From a virus, in IMG/VR virus record IMGVR_UViG_3300046758_000611, positions 96,001 to 160,000 of that record: DNA of 64,000 bases; one strand, given 5' to 3'. Below, one piece after another: positions 9,675 through 19,929 of this stretch (its first letter is position 1; each line of letters begins with the position of its first letter). The position numbers and the translations under genes were made by a program. The notes beneath the pieces were generated by a model that made no database searches, was not told where the DNA came from, and saw only the letters and a list, made by a program, of their open reading frames with translations.

Positions 9675-10862
9675 ATGAAAATAATTTTATTTGCACCTAT
9701 ATACTCAAGAAGTGGTTACGGAGATCACTCACGTGAAGTCGTAAGTTATTTATTAAATGATGATGATATTGATTTAAACATAGCACCAGTAAGTTGGGGA
9801 AAAAACTCTGATAGTTATTATACACATGAATCCGAACTTATACAAAAAATAAACGATAAAGTTATCACCACGATAAACGACAAACAATATGATGTGTGTA
9901 TTACAATAGGAATGCCAACTGAGTTTAAGCACATCGGTGACTACAATATAGGAATTACGGCCGGAGTAGAAACCACTAGAATTTCTAAAGAATTTATATA
10001 TCATTCAAACAAAATGGATTTGTTAATTGTTCCTTCTAATTTTACAAGAAATATTTTTGAAAAAACTAAATACATAAATGACTCCCAAAACGAACTATCT
10101 CTTACCTGTGAAATTCAAGTCGTACCTGAGTATGCTTCCCCTTTATTCTACAAAAAGAAAACGGACTTAAATAAAGATATATTAAAAGATGTAAAGGAAG
10201 ATTTTTGTTTTTTATCAGTTGGTCAGTGGATAAGTTCAGACACAGATGACGGTGGACGAAAAAACTTTGCATCTCTTATTGACACATTTGTGAATGCATT
10301 CAGACAACATAAAAATAAACCTGCACTCATATTAAAAACAAATGGATGTAATTATAGTATTACAGACAAAATCAAGGTTGAGAAAAAAATAAGAACCCAT
10401 TTGGAGTTATATGAAGAACGAGGTCGACCAAATGTATACCTTTTGCACGGTGACTTGAACGAACAACAGATGTATGACCTATATAACAACACCAAAGTAA
10501 AATGTTTCGTTTCACATACCAAGGGTGAAGGGTTTGGTAGACCTATGTTAGAGGCCAGTTTATCGGAGTTGCCTATAATTTGCCCAAAGTTTAGTGGGTA
10601 CCTGGACTTCTTAAACGATGATAACTCCACGTTAATAAACGGAAAACTGCTTGATGTCGGAGTTACGAACTCTTTATTTTGTGAAAACGCAAAGTGGATT
10701 CATGTAGATGAAGAAAAATCAAAAAACGCAATGATTGATGTTTATGAAAATTACAAAGTGTATAAAGAAAAAATAAAAAACCACACACCGTCACTTTTAA
10801 ATAACTATTCTATACAAACATCGCATAAAAAGTATAACGATATTTTTACAAAGTTGAAATAA
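9675..10862 (+). CDS. GT4 (GT-B fold) glycosyltransferase
   Basis: SRSGYG, IVPSNF, GRKN and KGEGFGRPMLEA motifs. Confidence 0.9.
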   Translation: MKIILFAPIYSRSGYGDHSREVVSYLLNDDDIDLNIAPVSWGKNSDSYYTHESELIQKINDKVITTINDKQYDVCITIGMPTEFKHIGDYNIGITAGVETTRISKEFIYHSNKMDLLIVPSNFTRNIFEKTKYINDSQNELSLTCEIQVVPEYASPLFYKKKTDLNKDILKDVKEDFCFLSVGQWISSDTDDGGRKNFASLIDTFVNAFRQHKNKPALILKTNGCNYSITDKIKVEKKIRTHLELYEERGRPNVYLLHGDLNEQQMYDLYNNTKVKCFVSHTKGEGFGRPMLEASLSELPIICPKFSGYLDFLNDDNSTLINGKLLDVGVTNSLFCENAKWIHVDEEKSKNAMIDVYENYKVYKEKIKNHTPSLLNNYSIQTSHKKYNDIFTKLK

Positions 10863-10898
10863 ACTTTAAGACATAAACTTTTATATACTTATAGATGA

Positions 10899-11609
10899 AT
10901 GGACTACTATAAAGTATATTTAAAAAAATTGGTAGGTGGATTTTTGTCAACTACACCGACACGATTAAAACCTGGACAGATAGTTACCTTCAAATATCGT
11001 GACGATATTCCATCGAGAAGAAAATTAAGTCGCATGATATTGGTTCTATCTAGTCGTCCAGGTAAAAACGGAAAATTGATTCATGGAATATCATTACAAT
11101 TTATACCGTGGCAATTGTTTCGGTCATTTATGCAAAAGGTTATCACATTTGATACACTTTTACTAATTCAAAGAAGACTTGAAATACAAGCACCACTAAA
11201 TGAGTTCCTAGAGAAACCTATTAGTTTTTATAGTTCATATATTAAAAGATACTTAAAAAACTATGATTGTTACAGGACATATAGTTTATCCAAAATAACA
11301 TCACCACGCATATCATGCCTTGATTACTCAACCATGTTTCCAACGGGAAAAAAAGAAGAACGTGCATTGTTAGTAAATCGTAGAGATTCACTTAGTGACA
11401 TTTTAAAAGAACGTGAAGTTATTGAAAAATTATTAAAGTCCGATGAAAAAATTTCAATTGATAACAGAAACGCAAGACGAATGATTATTAAAAGATTCGG
11501 AAGTGTAGAAAATTTCTATGACGCAGTACGCAAACTAGATTCACTGGTTGATGACAATCAGGATGTAGATGATATATACAAAAGCATAAAATCAAATATG
11601 AAAAAATGA
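10899..11609 (+). CDS. hypothetical protein, weakly T4 gp2 (DNA end protector)-like
   Basis: PGQIVTFKY...ILVL...HGISLQFIP...CYRTY pattern recalls gp2-type proteins; weak. Confidence 0.35.
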   Translation: MDYYKVYLKKLVGGFLSTTPTRLKPGQIVTFKYRDDIPSRRKLSRMILVLSSRPGKNGKLIHGISLQFIPWQLFRSFMQKVITFDTLLLIQRRLEIQAPLNEFLEKPISFYSSYIKRYLKNYDCYRTYSLSKITSPRISCLDYSTMFPTGKKEERALLVNRRDSLSDILKEREVIEKLLKSDEKISIDNRNARRMIIKRFGSVENFYDAVRKLDSLVDDNQDVDDIYKSIKSNMKK

Positions 11610-12241
11610 AACCCTCAATTAGTTTTGCCATAACCACACACAATGAATTCATTCAGTTAAAAAAATCTATTGATATTATAGAGAGATTTAAAGATGATTT
11701 GGATGAGTTATTATTTTTAGATGATTTTTCTGACAACGACAAAACATTGAAACTTCTTGAAAGTAGAAACACATTTAAACGTAAATTTGAAAAAGATTAC
11801 TCGGATCATAAGAATTATTTAAATTCATTATGCAATTGTGATTATATTTTACAACTAGACGGTGACGAAATATTAAGTCAAAAACTTATCGCAAATGTTA
11901 AAAATATAATAAAAGATAATTCAGATATAGATTTATTCTATATACCCAGAGCAAACTATGTTCAGGGTATAAATAAGAGTTATCTAAAACGATGGAATTG
12001 GAAAATGGATAATAAAAAAAGAATTAATTATCCTGATTTTCAAGGCAGACTTTTCAAGAATAATGAAAAACTATATTGGCATCGTTCCGTGCATGAAAGA
12101 ATTACGGGAAATAAAAATTTTAGCAAGTTACCATTAGATAACGATCTTGATATTATTCACGAAAAGCATATTCAAAAGCAAATCGCAAACAACAACTTTT
12201 ATTCGGAAAATTACAATCGTGACTGCACAAGAAAACAATAA
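11606..12241 (+). CDS. GT2 glycosyltransferase
   Basis: ISFAITTHNE, LDDFSD, LDGDE, PDFQGRLF and VHERI motifs. Confidence 0.88.
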   Translation: MKPSISFAITTHNEFIQLKKSIDIIERFKDDLDELLFLDDFSDNDKTLKLLESRNTFKRKFEKDYSDHKNYLNSLCNCDYILQLDGDEILSQKLIANVKNIIKDNSDIDLFYIPRANYVQGINKSYLKRWNWKMDNKKRINYPDFQGRLFKNNEKLYWHRSVHERITGNKNFSKLPLDNDLDIIHEKHIQKQIANNNFYSENYNRDCTRKQ

Positions 12242-13892
12242 AAAAAAATTAGGCATAGTAACTTGTTATTTTAATCCACGTAACTATCTAACAAAATTTA
12301 TTAATTTTCTTGATTTCTATTACAAGTTAAGAAAATCAAAAAATGTAGATATTATTGTTGTTGAGTCTTGTATGAGTGATTCTGTTTATACATTAAAAAA
12401 CACTATACATAACAATCTTATATCATTGAATACAAATTCCGTATATTGGCAGAAAGAAGAATTGATAAATATAGGACTTAGAAAACATAAAGACACCGGT
12501 TACAAAAACTTGTGCTGGTTGGATAGTGATATTGAATTTTTAAACGATAATTGGGCAGATGTGATAATAGAAGATCTAAATGAGTATGATATAGTTCAGG
12601 TATTTGAGTATAGTCACGAAATAATTGACACTAAAGCAAACACAATAAAACATAACTCCTATATAAAAAAAATAAAAGAGGGTAACAACCATCCATTTAA
12701 AAGAATCGGTGAACTTGGTTATGGTTATGCTTACAAACGAACATCTCTTACCGATAAACTTTTATATGAAAATGCGGTAGTTGGTGGTGGTGATTTTTTA
12801 AATATATTACCATTTGTAAATATGAATACCACAATGAATATCACAGAAGATAGATATTTTAAAAACGCAAATATAGAAATGATAGATGATTACATGGATT
12901 GGTATGAAGATAAATCTAAATTAAAAACAAGTTACTCAAAAAACGAAATAAAGGTTGCGTACCACGGAGATAGAAAATTCAGAAACTATTTAAAACGAGA
13001 GCAGATTTTAAAAAACTTGAATTTTTGTCCAAAGACTGACCTTGAAAAAACAAATAATAACTCACTTAGACTTCTTAAAAATAAAAATGTAGAGAATTAT
13101 TTGAAAAAATATTTCAAGGAAAGAAATGAGGATTACTTTAATGATAATTTACAATCAAAAAGATTCTTTAAAAAAATAATCAACAGAGTGGCGTACAATT
13201 TAGATGTAGAAAATATTGAAACCGAACCTATGCTACGCACGGTTGAAAAAATAAAAAACCACGAAAATAAAGTACAAAAAAATAATAATATAGATATAAA
13301 ACTAAATAGAGTATGTGTTTGGTCTAAAAATAATATTAAAGAGATAAATGTAAGTTCCTTTGATTTTATGCAAAACATAATATACGATAAATCAGATAGA
13401 CATCAAATAAATTCTATAAAGTGCAATCGTAGTGATAGATTTCCACATACATATTTAAAATTCATTATTAGTAATTACGAAAATCTTCCAAGTGTGGTTA
13501 TATTCTGTAATGATTATATTGAACAATCGTTTATATTAAGTACGATCAGCATACTTAGAAACATACCAAACGATGAAAACTTAAAGTTTACACAAATCAT
13601 AGAGTGCAAACAACCAGTGCGATTGGATACATCTGGTCATATTTTAGGACTTTACAAAAAAACCTCTGTAAAGAAAAGTAAACATACATTCCAAGAATGG
13701 AATCGTTATCATTGTAATAAAGAAAAGGAAGGTAGCGATTTTTATGTTTATCCAATTTTTTATTTAGGAAGAAACATTATACAAAACAAAAAAATAGAAT
13801 ACTACGAAAACCTGTTAAGTAGTATATCGTCAGACTCACTTACCGAAGACGAACTTTATCTAAACCGCAGTTGGGACAACATATTTCAATGA
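12219..13892 (+). CDS. glycosyltransferase-like protein with DUF3431-like C-terminal domain
   Basis: IVTCYFNP, WQKEELINIG, WLDSD and VGGGD motifs; C-terminal HTYLKFIISNYENLP. Start moved to in-frame GTG 12219. Confidence 0.6.
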   Translation: MTAQENNKKKLGIVTCYFNPRNYLTKFINFLDFYYKLRKSKNVDIIVVESCMSDSVYTLKNTIHNNLISLNTNSVYWQKEELINIGLRKHKDTGYKNLCWLDSDIEFLNDNWADVIIEDLNEYDIVQVFEYSHEIIDTKANTIKHNSYIKKIKEGNNHPFKRIGELGYGYAYKRTSLTDKLLYENAVVGGGDFLNILPFVNMNTTMNITEDRYFKNANIEMIDDYMDWYEDKSKLKTSYSKNEIKVAYHGDRKFRNYLKREQILKNLNFCPKTDLEKTNNNSLRLLKNKNVENYLKKYFKERNEDYFNDNLQSKRFFKKIINRVAYNLDVENIETEPMLRTVEKIKNHENKVQKNNNIDIKLNRVCVWSKNNIKEINVSSFDFMQNIIYDKSDRHQINSIKCNRSDRFPHTYLKFIISNYENLPSVVIFCNDYIEQSFILSTISILRNIPNDENLKFTQIIECKQPVRLDTSGHILGLYKKTSVKKSKHTFQEWNRYHCNKEKEGSDFYVYPIFYLGRNIIQNKKIEYYENLLSSISSDSLTEDELYLNRSWDNIFQ

Positions 13893-14746
13893 TTATTTTA
13901 TCAATACATTTATTTCCATTTGAAATGAAACGATTCCAACGAATCGTTAATTCAATAAATTTAAATTTAAAATATACGAGATGTGAAGAACTACTCGTTC
14001 ATGCTACTCTAAATAAAAATTCTAATATTCTTGAACACGAGTATGATGTTGACGAAGTCTTCATCAATCTTATGAAAACTATAAATTGCGATGTATTTTA
14101 TGAAATCAAAAACGAAGTAAATTTTTTAGGAGTAAATGAACATAGACGAAAAACCATACAACTATCAGACAAAGATGATTACATCATTTATATAGATAGT
14201 GATCTTATATTCAACGACAGAATACTAGCAAATCAAATTATTGCAATAGATTATTTAAAAAACAAAAATGACTACTTTATAGTAACCCCAAATACAATTA
14301 GATTGTGGGATAAAACATGGGATATAATTACACATGAAAAGTACCTAACTGAATCATTTGAATTCCACAGAAACGCAAACTTTTACGATATAGTAAATCA
14401 AAACTATGGAAAAATATATCTAGAGAAAATAAACAAATTTAAATGGGGTGGGGGGTGGTTTAATTGTTTTTCAGCAAATCTGCTTAAATTGATAAAAATC
14501 CCAACTTCATTTAAAGGTTATGGGCCAGATGACACATTTGTCATGGAGTGTTGTAATATATTAAAAAAAGAAGGAGAGAACGTATCACAATATATTATGA
14601 AAAACATGATTGTATGTGAGGATATAAAAATTGATTCAAAAAAATATTTCAAGAAAAAAACAAAAAATTTCAGAGAATTGTGCAATAAAAACTTTAATAA
14701 AGAGTTATCAAATTTTTATATTTCTTATAAAAAAGAAATAATTTAA
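13889..14746 (+). CDS. glycosyltransferase-like (GT-A) protein
   Basis: YIDSD DxD motif and GYGPDDTF. Start moved to ATG 13889, which forms an ATGA overlap with the upstream stop. Confidence 0.65.
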   Translation: MIILSIHLFPFEMKRFQRIVNSINLNLKYTRCEELLVHATLNKNSNILEHEYDVDEVFINLMKTINCDVFYEIKNEVNFLGVNEHRRKTIQLSDKDDYIIYIDSDLIFNDRILANQIIAIDYLKNKNDYFIVTPNTIRLWDKTWDIITHEKYLTESFEFHRNANFYDIVNQNYGKIYLEKINKFKWGGGWFNCFSANLLKLIKIPTSFKGYGPDDTFVMECCNILKKEGENVSQYIMKNMIVCEDIKIDSKKYFKKKTKNFRELCNKNFNKELSNFYISYKKEII

Positions 14747-14751
14747 TATAT

Positions 14752-15555
14752 ATGTGTATGAAGAAACGGCAAATTTTAACATTTGTGGTGGTGAGTTTAA
14801 CTTTAACATTTACACAGGGTTGTGTAACAATTCCCTGGGGGTTGAAAGATGACAGAATTAAAATCAATTCTGACATAGAAAAAAAAGACACAGAACTTAG
14901 CCGTCATCTTAAATCTTATGTAACAGGAACTGTTGAAACACTGTCGTATGTAGATAATAAAAACAAAACACAACAAGTTGCATTAAATTTAGCACAAAAG
15001 GCACAAGAAATTGTAGGACTCCCAGACCCAGGGGACAAAATCAATGTAATTGATGTAATAAACAAAAACGGAGTTGCACTTGAGAACCTAGAAGACAGAA
15101 ATGCAGATGTAATAAGTTTATCTAGGCAAAAACAGGTCCTAGGACATGAACTAAGTGACACAGAAGATAAACTCATAGAACTGGGTGAGGCATCGAGAAC
15201 AGAAGATAATTTTTTTGCAAAAGCATGGGGTTGGTTAAAAACTACATTTGGCATATTAGGTGCAATTGCTATATTAATAATTGGAGGTCCTGCAATTTTA
15301 CCTATTTTGGGGCAAATAATTGCGTGGGTAGTTACAAAAATACCAGGACTTGTAGGTTGGATGGGTCTTACGAGTTTTTCGTTAACAAAGAATATTATCA
15401 AGGGAGTGCATGATGCAAAAGAAAAAATAAAAATGGCAGACGAAGAACGGAAGTTTTCAAAGAATGAAGTTCTTGACTTATTTAAATCAAATCTTGGCAA
15501 CTCAACAAACCACTCCGACAAGAATATAATCAGCAGAATAAAAAGAAAGTTCTAA
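14752..15555 (+). CDS. putative membrane lipoprotein
   Basis: KKR, a hydrophobic stretch and TQG-C (lipobox-like), then a coiled-coil middle and a hydrophobic segment FGILGAIAILIIGGPAILPILGQIIAWVV. Confidence 0.55.
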   Translation: MCMKKRQILTFVVVSLTLTFTQGCVTIPWGLKDDRIKINSDIEKKDTELSRHLKSYVTGTVETLSYVDNKNKTQQVALNLAQKAQEIVGLPDPGDKINVIDVINKNGVALENLEDRNADVISLSRQKQVLGHELSDTEDKLIELGEASRTEDNFFAKAWGWLKTTFGILGAIAILIIGGPAILPILGQIIAWVVTKIPGLVGWMGLTSFSLTKNIIKGVHDAKEKIKMADEERKFSKNEVLDLFKSNLGNSTNHSDKNIISRIKRKF

Positions 15556-16181
15556 TGAAAGAAATACTTGTAGAGAATAAAAAATTTAAAGGTGATCCAG
15601 AAAAATTTAAAGGAAGTCGTGACGATAACGCACTTGGGTTCGGCTGGAGGCCTGGTCAGGAAGAAACAACAATAACTATAAATAATTGCGAAATAGATGC
15701 TAACGGAGTAGCAGAGGGTCTTAAATTAAGTTATTGTAAAAATGTAAAAGTTACCAATTGTACAATAATAGGTGGGTACGAAGATTGCGTAGATATTGTG
15801 CGTGGTTCAAATATAGTATTTCATAAATGTAAGTTTATAGCAAATAACACAAAACATCATTTCACAATAAAGTGTAATGTAGATGGTGTTAAAATAATAG
15901 ATTGTGAATTTATAAATGAATTTAATAATATATTAGATGGTGCTTGCGTTGATTTAGGAAACTGGGGAGATTATGATGTGGACATACTTCCCAAAACAAA
16001 GAACATAGAAATTGTAAATTGCAAATTAACAAATTTTAGAAAATTTAAAAAAATCATAACAAGAAGATTATATGCAGAAACACCGTGTGTAAAAAGTGAA
16101 GGGTTTGCACTTAATATTCCAAAAATCTTTGTTTCTTTGTTTTTTTCATATAAAAGGTTTGAAAGTAAACAAAAAAAATAG
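15555..16181 (+). CDS. right-handed beta-helix (pectin-lyase-like) protein
   Basis: Repeating I.NC.I / NVKVTNCTI / NIVFHKCKF / NIEIVNCKL units and EDCVDI. Confidence 0.7.
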   Translation: MKEILVENKKFKGDPEKFKGSRDDNALGFGWRPGQEETTITINNCEIDANGVAEGLKLSYCKNVKVTNCTIIGGYEDCVDIVRGSNIVFHKCKFIANNTKHHFTIKCNVDGVKIIDCEFINEFNNILDGACVDLGNWGDYDVDILPKTKNIEIVNCKLTNFRKFKKIITRRLYAETPCVKSEGFALNIPKIFVSLFFSYKRFESKQKK

Positions 16182-16243
16182 TTTTCTTTATTATACTTAT
16201 AAAAAAGGTTATATCGCATTATTAAACATGGAGATTGCGTTAT

Positions 16244-17119
16244 ATGAAAATAGGAGTTGTGGGAAATGGGTTTGTGGGTCATGCAATGACATTGCTGAGA
16301 CCTTATGTGGATGTACTTGTGTGGGATATAGTTCCAGATAAAAGAGATCCACAAACATTAGATATTGAAACGTTTGTAGAAGAGTCGGAAATAATTTTTG
16401 TTGCCGTTCCCACACCAATGAATTCAGACGGAAGTGCTAATTTAAATATAGTAAGAGCAGTTTGCGAAGAAATTCAAGCAATTGATGATGAAAAATATAT
16501 TGTACTTCGTTCTACTGTACCACCCGGAACAAGTGAAGAATTAGATGTAGCATTTATGCCAGAGTTTCTTACTGAAAAAAACTGGAAGGATGATTTTAAA
16601 AATTGCAATCAATGGATACTTGGTTCAACCGATCCATTCTTATATGAAAAAATGAAAAGAATGTTTGAACTTGCATATAATGATGGAAATGGTGCGATTG
16701 TAAACAAAGAATTAATTCAATGCAAACCAAGTGAAGCAGAAATGATAAAATACTTGAAAAATGTATTTTTAAGTGTAAAGGTCGGTTTCTTTAATGAACT
16801 TGAATCAATTTGCTCAGAGATGGACATTAATTATGAAAATGTTCGTTGTATTGCAACAGAAGACCCTAGAATTGGAAACGGACACACAAAAGTTCCCGGA
16901 CACGATGGTCTTCGTGGATTTGGGGGAACGTGTTTTCCAAAAGATACGAATGCACTTGCAAACTTTGCAAATGAAAATTTCGTACCAACTCCTATACTTA
17001 ATGCAGTTATTAAACGAAACGAAGAAGTAGACAGACCTGAAAAAGACTGGATGGCAGACAAAGGGAGAGCAGTTTCTGCTGAAGTAAATCCCAACGAAAA
17101 GAAGAAAAAGACAACATGA
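16244..17119 (+). CDS. UDP-glucose/GDP-mannose dehydrogenase family protein (short form)
   Basis: GVVGNGFVG Rossmann motif, AVPTP, RSTVPPGT, PEFL, EMIKY and catalytic GFGGTCFPKD. Lacks the C-terminal UDP-binding domain. Confidence 0.9.
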   Translation: MKIGVVGNGFVGHAMTLLRPYVDVLVWDIVPDKRDPQTLDIETFVEESEIIFVAVPTPMNSDGSANLNIVRAVCEEIQAIDDEKYIVLRSTVPPGTSEELDVAFMPEFLTEKNWKDDFKNCNQWILGSTDPFLYEKMKRMFELAYNDGNGAIVNKELIQCKPSEAEMIKYLKNVFLSVKVGFFNELESICSEMDINYENVRCIATEDPRIGNGHTKVPGHDGLRGFGGTCFPKDTNALANFANENFVPTPILNAVIKRNEEVDRPEKDWMADKGRAVSAEVNPNEKKKKTT

Positions 17120-18072
17120 AAAACATTGACTTCTTCAATGGAGATGCAGACGGAATAATAAGTCTACATCAGTACCGATTATTCTCACCGACTGATAGTG
17201 AATTATTTACTGGTGTTAAAAGGGATGTTAAACTTTTAAGACATTGCGTTGGGGTTAAAAACTGCAACTTAACGGTATTTGATGTATCACTATTATCTAA
17301 CATAGAATATGTAAAACAAATATTAAAAAAGAAAAATAAAATAAAATGGTTTGACCATCATGAACCGGGTGAAACAAAGTTAGGAAAAAACTTTTCAATA
17401 AAAGTAGACTCCGATCCCAATTGTTGTACAAATATATTAGTTGATAAATACATAGACGGGTTACACAGACCCTGGACAATATGTGGTGCGTTTGGAGATA
17501 ATTTACACGAACAGGCAGAAAAACTAAATCCTTGTTTTGACGAGCAGACAATGAATAAGTTAAAAGAAATTGGAGAAACACTAAATTACAATGGATACGG
17601 AAACAAAGAGTCTGATTTAACTGTACACCCAAAAAACGTATACCTTGATTTAAAACAATATGAATCACCGTTTCGTTACAGAAGCAAATCAGAAATATAC
17701 AATAAAATTTATACACAAATGAAGTCTGATGAAAAAGAACTAAATTCATCCGAAATTTTACATGAAACAAAAACAGGGAAAGTCATTTTGCTTCCAGACA
17801 CAAAAGCATCCATTAGGTACTCTGGTATATACAGTAACCAACAAACAACCGATAATCCCGATAAAGCATTTGCAATTCTTACATTAACAAACAATGATAA
17901 TTACCGAATAAGCATAAGGTCACCAAAAAACAATCCATACGGAGCAAGCAAGTTGGCATTGAGTTTTCCAACAGGAGGTGGTCGTGAAAAAGCAGCCGGT
18001 ATAAACGAATTACCAAAAACAGAACTTAAAAAATTTATTGAAACATTTGAAAATATTTATGGAAATGAATAA
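17116..18072 (+). CDS. DHH-family phosphoesterase
   Basis: NGDADG, FDVS, FDHH, SIRS and GGGR..AAG (DHHA1) motifs. Confidence 0.85.
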   Translation: MKNIDFFNGDADGIISLHQYRLFSPTDSELFTGVKRDVKLLRHCVGVKNCNLTVFDVSLLSNIEYVKQILKKKNKIKWFDHHEPGETKLGKNFSIKVDSDPNCCTNILVDKYIDGLHRPWTICGAFGDNLHEQAEKLNPCFDEQTMNKLKEIGETLNYNGYGNKESDLTVHPKNVYLDLKQYESPFRYRSKSEIYNKIYTQMKSDEKELNSSEILHETKTGKVILLPDTKASIRYSGIYSNQQTTDNPDKAFAILTLTNNDNYRISIRSPKNNPYGASKLALSFPTGGGREKAAGINELPKTELKKFIETFENIYGNE

Positions 18073-18196
18073 ACAAAAAAAAGTATTTATTAAAACAAAA
18101 AAACCTAGTATAATATTCCTTAATAAATCAATAAATTATAAACAACCAACACAAACTGAAATATCTAAACAAGATTTAGCGGATAGGTGGGGATAG
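18065..18196 (+). CDS. small hypothetical protein (43 aa)
   Basis: Below the ORF-track cutoff; fills the gap between two coupled genes (MNKQKKVF...DLADRWG). Confidence 0.35.
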   Translation: MNKQKKVFIKTKKPSIIFLNKSINYKQPTQTEISKQDLADRWG

Positions 18197-18199
18197 ATT

Positions 18200-18571
18200 A
18201 TGAGAAATCAAGATGAAAGTATAAGACCTTGGGGAAATTATGAAATTCTATTAGACGCAGAATACTGCAAAGTCAAACGTATCTTTGTAAAACCAGGACA
18301 AAGATTAAGTTATCAATACCACCACAAACGACAAGAAGCATGGACGGTTGTTAGTGGTGTTGCGAGAATAACTTTAGACGATGTCACAGAAGATTATAAA
18401 CCAGGAGAAACGGTTTTAATTCCTATTGGAGCAAAACACCGCATGGCAAATCCAAGTGGTACAGAAGATATGATTTTAATTGAAGTTCAAACAGGAACTT
18501 ATTTTGGTGAAGATGATATTGTCAGAGTCCAAGATGATTATGATCGTCCAGAAAAACACGAATCAAATTAA
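18200..18571 (+). CDS. mannose-6-phosphate isomerase type II C-terminal cupin
   Basis: RPWG.Y, LSYQYHHKRQE.W, HR..N, IEVQTG.YFGEDDIVR..DDY motifs. Confidence 0.9.
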   Translation: MRNQDESIRPWGNYEILLDAEYCKVKRIFVKPGQRLSYQYHHKRQEAWTVVSGVARITLDDVTEDYKPGETVLIPIGAKHRMANPSGTEDMILIEVQTGTYFGEDDIVRVQDDYDRPEKHESN

Positions 18572-18575
18572 AATT

Positions 18576-18983
18576 ATGAAAACCGTAGCAGTTAGTGGAT
18601 ACTTTGACCCAATTCATGTGGGTCATTTAGAATATCTTGAGTTGGCAAAAAAACTTGGTGATCGTCTTGTTGTTATTGTAAACAACAATCATCAATGTGT
18701 TCTTAAAAAAGGCAAACCATTTATGGATGAAGCAGACCGAGTAAAAATCGTAGAAGCACTCGGAATAGTTGATGAAGTTTTTCTCAGTATCGATGGAGAC
18801 AAAAGTGTATGTGCTTCTCTTGATGCAATTAAACCCGACATCTTTGCAAATGGTGGAGATAGAAGCACAGGTGAAGTACCCGAAAGTGTTATTTGCAAAA
18901 AGCATGGCATTGAAATGGTCGATGGACTTGGTGATAAAATTAGAAGTTCAAGTGATTTGACTGGCTTAAAAGAAAAGAAGTAG
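18576..18983 (+). CDS. cytidylyltransferase-like nucleotidyltransferase (HxGH family)
   Basis: SGYFDPIHVGH, KKGKPFM, FANGGDR and KIRSSS motifs. Start moved to ATG 18576. Confidence 0.88.
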   Translation: MKTVAVSGYFDPIHVGHLEYLELAKKLGDRLVVIVNNNHQCVLKKGKPFMDEADRVKIVEALGIVDEVFLSIDGDKSVCASLDAIKPDIFANGGDRSTGEVPESVICKKHGIEMVDGLGDKIRSSSDLTGLKEKK

Positions 18984-19002
18984 TTCCTATCTATTTATTT
19001 GT

Positions 19003-19908
19003 ATGAATAAAGTCTTGATAACGGGTGGTGCTGGTTTTGTTGGAACTGCACTTATACGCAAACTTATACGAAAGTACAAGAATATTCAGATCATCAGCAT
19101 TGACAATTATAGTAGTGGATTTGAAAGCAATCATATAAAAAGTAAAAAAGTAACGTATCTTAATAAGGATACTCAAACTTTGATTCCGAAAAAATTTGAT
19201 GCAAACAATACCAAGATGGATATTGCAGATGCCTTCGAACCAGATGTTGTCTTTCACTTCGGTGAGTTCTCACGAATCGTAACGAGTTTTGATGCGTTTG
19301 ATAATTGTTGGGACTATAATATGCAAGGAACTAAAATGGTTCTTGATTATTGCGTAGCAAAAAAGGCAAAGTTAATTTATAGTGCAAGTTCAAGTAAATT
19401 TGGAAACGATGGCAAAGACGAAAATCTTTCTCCATATGCTTGGATGAAAGCAAAAATGGTTGAACTTATTAAAAACTATTCAGACTGGTTTGATTTAAAA
19501 TACGAAATAACATACTTTTACAATGCGTACGGTCCTGGACAAGTAAGAACAGGAGATTACGCAACCGTGATAGGAATATTCGAAGAGCAATATTCCAAAG
19601 GAGAACCACTTACAGTTGTAGAACCAGGTGAACAATCAAGAGACTTTACCCATGTTGATGATATCGTAAATGGAGTTGTGTTAGCAGCCGTCAAAGGTCA
19701 ACAATGTGAATATCCACTTGGAACAGGAATTCCACACAAAATAATTGATGTTGCTAAACTGTTCAATCATAAACATATTATGATACCAGAAAGACGTGGT
19801 GAGAGATTCTACGGAAAAGCAATTCCATCTCTAACCTACCAACATCTTGGTTGGAACGCAAAAATTAAACTAGAAGATTATATCAAAAAAATAGTTGACG
19901 CCAAATAA
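19003..19908 (+). CDS. NAD-dependent nucleotide-sugar epimerase/dehydratase
   Basis: TGGAGFVG, YSASSS, SPYAWMK (YxxxK), FYNAYGP and RDFTHVDD motifs. Confidence 0.92.
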   Translation: MNKVLITGGAGFVGTALIRKLIRKYKNIQIISIDNYSSGFESNHIKSKKVTYLNKDTQTLIPKKFDANNTKMDIADAFEPDVVFHFGEFSRIVTSFDAFDNCWDYNMQGTKMVLDYCVAKKAKLIYSASSSKFGNDGKDENLSPYAWMKAKMVELIKNYSDWFDLKYEITYFYNAYGPGQVRTGDYATVIGIFEEQYSKGEPLTVVEPGEQSRDFTHVDDIVNGVVLAAVKGQQCEYPLGTGIPHKIIDVAKLFNHKHIMIPERRGERFYGKAIPSLTYQHLGWNAKIKLEDYIKKIVDAK

Positions 19909-19923
19909 ATTTGTTTATATAAT
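19895..19923 (+). promoter_or_regulatory. sigma70-type promoter of the putative modification operon
   Basis: TTGACG-17 nt-TATAAT, ending 6 nt before ATG 19930. Confidence 0.8.
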
Positions 19924-19929
19924 ATATAG

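Noticed and set aside
12147-12241. Programmed frameshift between overlapping GT genes near the A-run at about 12240-12248
   Set aside because: An in-frame GTG at 12219 explains the overlap, and the upstream GT2 is complete.
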